Program-made: the position numbers and the translations under genes
The notes under the pieces: generated by a model
What the model was told of the DNA's origin: nothing
Seen by the model: only the letters and a program-made list of their open reading frames with translations
Database searches by the model: none
From: Octopus bimaculoides
Taxonomy: Eukaryota
Reading direction: 5' to 3'
NCBI RefSeq assembly: GCF_001194135.2
Contig: NC_069008.1
Location: 2,725,021-2,764,396 of the forward strand
Length of the DNA: 39,376 bases
In this document: positions 33,725-39,376 of the stretch, piece after piece
How the letters are laid out: every line of letters begins with the position of its first letter
Numbering within the stretch: position 1 is the first letter of the stretch

Positions 33725-33970
33725 AAAATTGCTGTACTCTTCCACCACATCTTTCTCTCACTCTTACTTCCTGTTTCTGTTGTGCCTGTATTTCAAAGGG
33801 TCAGCCTTGTCACACTGTGTCACACTGAATATCCCCGAGAACTACGTTAAGGGTACACGTGTCTGTGGAGTGCTCAGCCTCTTGCACGTTAATTTCACGA
33901 GCAGGCTGTTCCGTTGATCGGATCAATTGGAACCCTCGACGTCGTAAGCGACCGAGTGCCAACAACAACA
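33725..33970 (+). mobile_element. SINE family B, 5'-truncated
   Basis: Homology to 15135-15390. Confidence 0.85.
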
Positions 33971-34782
33971 TATTCCATGAGGTTCTCTTGTTCCATTACA
34001 TAGGGTAAACTTTCATATTGTATGTATATTCCAGTAGTTTTAATTCTGGTTCCAAATAACTCCATCAGCCTTTCCTTTCTCTCTTCCTCCAATAAAACCG
34101 CTCTTTCGTCGGGTTCGAACATCTCATAATTCAGTTTGACTCCTATTAGATTTTTCAGTTTTGTTAATTCTTTATTTTTTTCTATCTCTACATCCTTTAG
34201 TAGAAGGGCTATAATAATAATAATAACAATAATTCTTTATTATTATTTTCGTTCCTCCTGTAAACCAAAATGGACTAATCTTGGTTATACAGTAACACAC
34301 GCGCACTTATTTTACATAAAACATTAAGTTTTACAATAAAGAAATCGAAATAGACTAAGCGATACGAAAACACCGAGATTTTATTATCAATATTTAATCT
34401 GGCCATTGTTACNNNNNNNNNNNNNNNNNNNNNNNNNNNNNNNNNNNNNNNNNNNNNNNNNNNNNNNNNNNNNNNNNNNNNNNNNNNNNNNNNNNNNNNN
34501 NNNNNNNNNNNNNNNNNNNNNNNNNNNNNNNNNNNNNNNNNNNNNNNNNNNNNNNNNNNNNNNNNNNNNNNNNNNNNNNNNNNNNNNNNNNNNNNNNNNN
34601 NNNNNNNNNNNNNNNNNNNNNNNNNNNNNNNNNNNNNNNNNNNNNNNNNNNNNNNNNNNNNNNNNNNNNNNNNNNNNNNNNNNNNNNNNNNNNNNNNNNN
34701 NNNNNNNNNNNNNNNNNNNNNNNNNNNNNNNNNNNNNNNNNNNNNNNNNNNNNNNNNNNNNNNNNNNNNNNNNNNNNNNNNN

Positions 34783-35042
34783 GCCGAACCGTGAAGTTAC
34801 AAGGACATAAATACACCAACATCGGATGTCAGACGGCGGTGATAGGACAAACGCAAAGACACCCCTCTCTCTCTCTCATATCCATTATGCCACGGGCTTC
34901 TTTGTTTCCGCCTGCAAAACCCGCTCACAGTTTTTTTTAGTCGGCCCAAGGCGAAAGTAGAAGACACTTTCCCAAGGTACCACGCAGTGGGACTGAACCC
35001 GGAACCATGTAGTTGGGAAGTCGGCTTCTTACCACACTGCCA
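34783..35042 (-). mobile_element. SINE family A, 5' part with tRNA-like head
   Basis: Minus strand gtggtaagaagc...ggttccgggttcagtcccactgcgtgg; overlaps in sequence with 6600-6798. Confidence 0.8.
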
Positions 35043-35049
35043 TTGATTT

Positions 35050-35225
35050 CAAATTTTGGCAGAAGGTTAGCAGTTTCGGAGGAGGCAACAAGTTCGGTGA
35101 CATCAACCCTCAATATTCTACTGGTACTGTGTGTCGACCTGAGCGGAATTTGACTTCAGAACATAAAGACGGACGAAATGCCACTAAACATTTTCCTGGT
35201 GGGATAACCATTCTGGCACCTTGTT
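35050..35225 (+). mobile_element. SINE-like family C, degenerate
   Basis: ctggtact...gcggaatttgac..cagaac.taaagacggacgaaatgcc.ctaa. Confidence 0.65.
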
Positions 35226-36049
35226 ACTTTGCGTACTTACATATATAATGATCATTCCCTTCGTATGCGAAGTTCAGATTCTCTTCATCGTTAATAATAC
35301 AAGATATAAGGACGCTACTAGCGTTCGAGGATTCTTTTTTTCCGTGTGTGTGTGTAATGGCCGCAGCCTAAAGATCGAAATAAAATATTAAACCTGTATT
35401 TACCTTAACTGTCTGTAATTTTGTGTTGTACTGCATTACAGAATGTCTGTAAATTTGTTTTTTAACCAGTGTAAAAGACTGATGCGAACTCCTTGTTAGG
35501 GTACATCAGCAAAGCTGTTAATATATTATAAAATTTATTACTATATTATTGTGCTTGTATATACACCTCTTTATTGCAGTTGGCGTTTTCCTTGTTGCTC
35601 TTGTAAATATAATTTCGATTTGAATAGTCACGATGTGTTAGCTGAACATGTATGTATGTTCCATTTCTCTTTACCGACCCAATGACTAATTAATATAACA
35701 GTTTCTGTGGGTCTTTTCCGTTGGTATCACAGTTTGAATTTTTAAAAATTAAGTGAAAATTTTCAAATTTGTAAATTTTCACATTGTCTTGGTTTTTTTA
35801 TTTTTTTTTTATTTTTTTATTGTTTCAGAATAATTTTAGAAACGTGTTACAAAGGTTTAAAATTTGATTTTTACCGTCAGTGCTAGCTTCCGCATTCTTT
35901 TTATCTCGGATTTCTTATTAGACAAGCTAATTTTTTTTATTAAACAAACTGTACTCTATACTATTATAGTTCAGTTCATGTAGAGAAAATTCGAAGACCT
36001 CAGTTTGATAAACTCTAAGAGTTTATCAAATTGGGATTTTCGTACCTCC

Positions 36050-36900
36050 TGCGGCACATAAACTCACAAACATACGAGTTCACCATGAAACGGTTGGTCT
36101 GACAGTGTCATCGTTTCTTCCCTCGTTTTTACTCGGGGTCCTTGCGCTTTTTATTTGAGTGTGGGTATCATCTTTCGAGTTAATAAACTCAGCAATGTGG
36201 TTCACTGTTCTGTCGAAAGTCATAACTAATTTACAGAAAGTGAAAGTAGGCCTTCTACAAATCTCACACAAAACTGAGCCGCTATTCTGATACGGCATCT
36301 CGTAAGGAAATACCTGTCTGATATCGCGACCCACTCCTCCGAAAAATCACTGTTCATCTGAGCACTCTTCCACGGTTGTATTTACACCTTGAAAAGACTG
36401 AGAGATGAAACCGTCATCCTAGGACCGCCTATTTGAATTGGGTTGCAGAACAGCTCCTCCGTATATATTTCACGAACATAGCCATTTTCATTTACAACTG
36501 TGCAGTGACTCCTCCCCAGTTCTTCAACGCAAACGGAACAGAAGTTAATTCCGTGGCCCACAAATAAAGTAAAAACAGTGTAGCCCTAAGAGGGTGTCAC
36601 CTTCCAGCCATCTATCTTTTCTGGTAGACACATATTCATGGCATCCTTTTTAGGAGCACTGCCAGTAAAATTTCCCGCGAAGCCTCTTCATCTGTCGTTT
36701 TGTGCATAACTTTTTTTCTCTTTTAAGGATAATCCCACTTCTCCTGCAATTAAAAAAGCGCATCCTCCTCTGTTTTCAATTTCTCCATACTCGAAAGGTC
36801 AAACGGAAACGAATCATTTAAACTTTTTCTTTTTAATTTTAGGTTGCCAGCAACATCTCTACGTTAGATTTTCTGTATTGAGTACACATCTAACATCATT
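36050..36900 (-). mobile_element. Merlin (IS1595/ISXO2-like) transposase pseudogene
   Basis: NPIQIGGP, KYNRGR, EQ(stop)FFGGVGRD and VNHIAEFINSKDDTHTQ motifs across frameshifts. Confidence 0.8.
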
Positions 36901-38039
36901 AGAAAATGGAGTTTTCGTGGATTCGTTCTGCCTTCAGTGACCTTAAGACGGTGATAGATCGTTTTCAAAAGCAGTGTCATCGCCACTTTTCGAATATTCG
37001 TGAAAAATTAAAATCTATGTTGACATGGAGATAGTGGAACGTTCTCACAATTGATCTCTTAATAATTTGATGATGGAGATCACACTGCGACCTGTGTTCG
37101 GACCAACATGGAATGCTGGTACAGAAAAACGTGTTACCATCACAAAAACCGCAGTTGCTGCAATCGTTATTGAACCGGAAATCTCTAATCCTCGCTGTTT
37201 GCTCGGCGTTGCCCGCTATGTAAATACGATATCTCTATATCACATATCGACATTTTGTTTAAACGTAAACTGTTTTTGTTTCTAAACGTACTTCCACAAA
37301 TGTAACCTAGATACAGTGTTGCGGAAATGCATGTGTGTTGAAACCGGAACGATAAATCGTGACCGGTTCACTTTATCAATTAGTTTGGTCTGATGTTCAT
37401 TAGTACAGATATTCAAACCACCACTTAAATTCTCAGTTATTTTACATGAATACACATACAATGTATATATGCTTCACTATGCATTGTGTAGCATGATGCA
37501 TTTTACATGTTTAATCTTTTACGTAAAGGTAAATTAAAATAACTTGTACAATATTTCGAGTAATAGTCTTTTTTTTTTTTTTTTCGTCTGAGACAACAGT
37601 CCAGATTGGTTTGAAAAATTTCTTACCCACATTTTGAATTTTTCGTCGACCATTTCGAAGCTGGTTAAGAAATTTTTTTAAAATTTTCATTTTAGCAGTT
37701 ATGGTTTTCTCTTACAAACCTTGATTTTGATGCTAGATAAAAGATTTTAAACTGTAATGTAAAAAGATTTTAAACTGAAATGTGAATAAAACTATCGTCA
37801 ATATCTTAAATTTTGTGTTTTTTATATTACGTGCATTTTGTGTATGTATGTATGTATGTATGTGTGTATGTATATACCTGTGTGAGGGTTGGCGGGTATA
37901 TATAATTTTTTCCACTGGTTTAAGCCATAGGCTGTAGCTATACTGTGGTGCCATCTTTCAGCGTGATTTGGTTTCGTTTAACTTTCTTTTTATGAAATGG
38001 TTAGATGGAGTTGTTTCTTTTTTCTTTCTGCGTCCTGCC

Positions 38040-38215
38040 ATGATAAGGCTTTATCCGATATCTCATAAAAATTTGTCCAGACTTTCTTTCGAAGCCCTTC
38101 TCATCGACTACTCGCAAATTTCTGAGGTTGTTTAGCAGTGTTGATTACTTGTAGACCTCTTAAAACTCGAGCTGTTGCAGTACTGGGCCCTTCTTCTAGA
38201 CGAAGACAACTTACT
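38040..38215 (-). mobile_element. Possible CR1-clade LINE 3' fragment
   Basis: LNNLRNLRVVDEKGFERK..LDKFL.DI resembles the CR1 C-terminus. Confidence 0.35.
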
Positions 38216-38439
38216 TCAGGACAGTGGAATGGTAAATGTTGAATTAAGAACATGCATGGGGGGGGGGTCGTAATGGATGGCGCATTCGCATGAAATCAAT
38301 AAAGCGTACGAGAGGACAGCCAAACTAAAAACTAGGGCTTTAATTTTCTCTGAGAAAACAAAAATAAACTATGCAGAATAGATGCTAACGCGTATGGTGG
38401 GCCGTTTGAGAATAGCAGGCTTCCCCGCACACAAATGAT

Positions 38440-39376
38440 AGTATAAACCACGAAGCCAAACGGTTAGCTAGTGATCTAGGTTTAGCTGTCAAGTTGGAAT
38501 TCGTAGCTAATGCATCTGTTACCTTCAAAGATCATAAATCAAACTTTTCCACCAACCCAAAGTGCTGACTGATTAACCTAACTTTATTGGAAATTGGGTT
38601 GTGGAGCAAACATATTTTGAGAAAGATTAATGATGACATGAGGAAGACATCCCATCTTTCCTTATAGCCTAAAATCAATGAGGTAAATTCATGGTTTAAG
38701 GGAAACCAGGATAGAGGCAGGACAAATTTTACCCAATTCGGTATTGTAAGTCTATATCAAAAGGGTTATTGGAAAGGGCACTTATTTCTGCTAAGGAGTT
38801 TACTGACGTTAGTGAAAGAGATACAGAGTTAATAATGCACTTTAACAAAACTTTACTGTTCAACAAAAGTTCGACTTCAGTCAAACAAACTGACCTAGGA
38901 CCTGGAAGGTATCCTTCGACGTTGTGTGAGAGGAGCATTCGACAGCACGGCTATCTGCGATCTCATAAGATCATACATATTGAACACCTTAAGAGGCTCC
39001 CGTTAGTCTAATTTGGTCTATAGAGATGATGCTTCAGTCATCTCCTGAGATGCAAACGTCTTGAGAAATCTGGACAGGCTTAGGAAGAACCTGATTAACG
39101 CCCTTCGTCTTAAGGTTCCGATTGAAACCAACCTTAGCGTAGTTAACTTCTTAAATGTTATGCTTGATTTGGGAACCGATTCATACAGGCCATACTGCAA
39201 GCCAAATGTATTTTAACACAGCCTCCTGTCATTCGCTTTTTGTGCTTAAAAACCTGGCGAAGGGTGTCACTAAGACGATTTTGAACTTGTCCTCACAGAC
39301 ATCTTTGACGCTGCAGCCCCCTATTACAATGAAGCTTTGGCTGCGAGTTTAAGGACATCACCTATATGCCGGAAAC
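38440..39376 (+). mobile_element. Penelope-like retroelement RT pseudogene (continues past the window)
   Basis: INHEAKRLASDLGL, TFKDHKSNFSTNPKC*LIN, SKHILRKIN, YRDD, VNFLNVMLDL..DSYRPYCKPN. Confidence 0.85.

Overview
Repeat-dense, AT-rich animal genomic DNA with 11 N-gaps. The SINE families, R4/Dong and RTE LINEs and microsatellite load look like an octopus (coleoid cephalopod) genome; this is inference from pattern recognition. The one host gene I can support is a spliced minus-strand gene that the ORF track only partly shows. Its exons are 20632-20291 (ATG at 20615), 15901-15744, 13267-13104 and a probable terminal exon at 6276-6230. All introns are GT-AG and the phases match (1, 0) across the first three exons. 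It encodes a secreted protein: signal peptide, PAN/Apple-like domain with an altered cysteine pattern, then a domain I cannot name. One exon is probably hidden in the 6799-7522 gap. Almost everything else is transposon debris: hAT/Buster (two), R4/Dong LINEs (five segments), RTE LINEs (two), Penelope-like RT and hammerhead-ribozyme-like remnants, Gypsy integrase, pogo/Tigger, Merlin, Helitron pieces and four SINE-like families. Notable structures are a 512-bp higher-order minisatellite derived from LINE coding sequence at a LINE-LINE junction, a LINE whose 3' part is inverted with a 96-bp inverted duplication, a minimal hammerhead motif at 28141-28185, and a 54-bp mini-Helitron.
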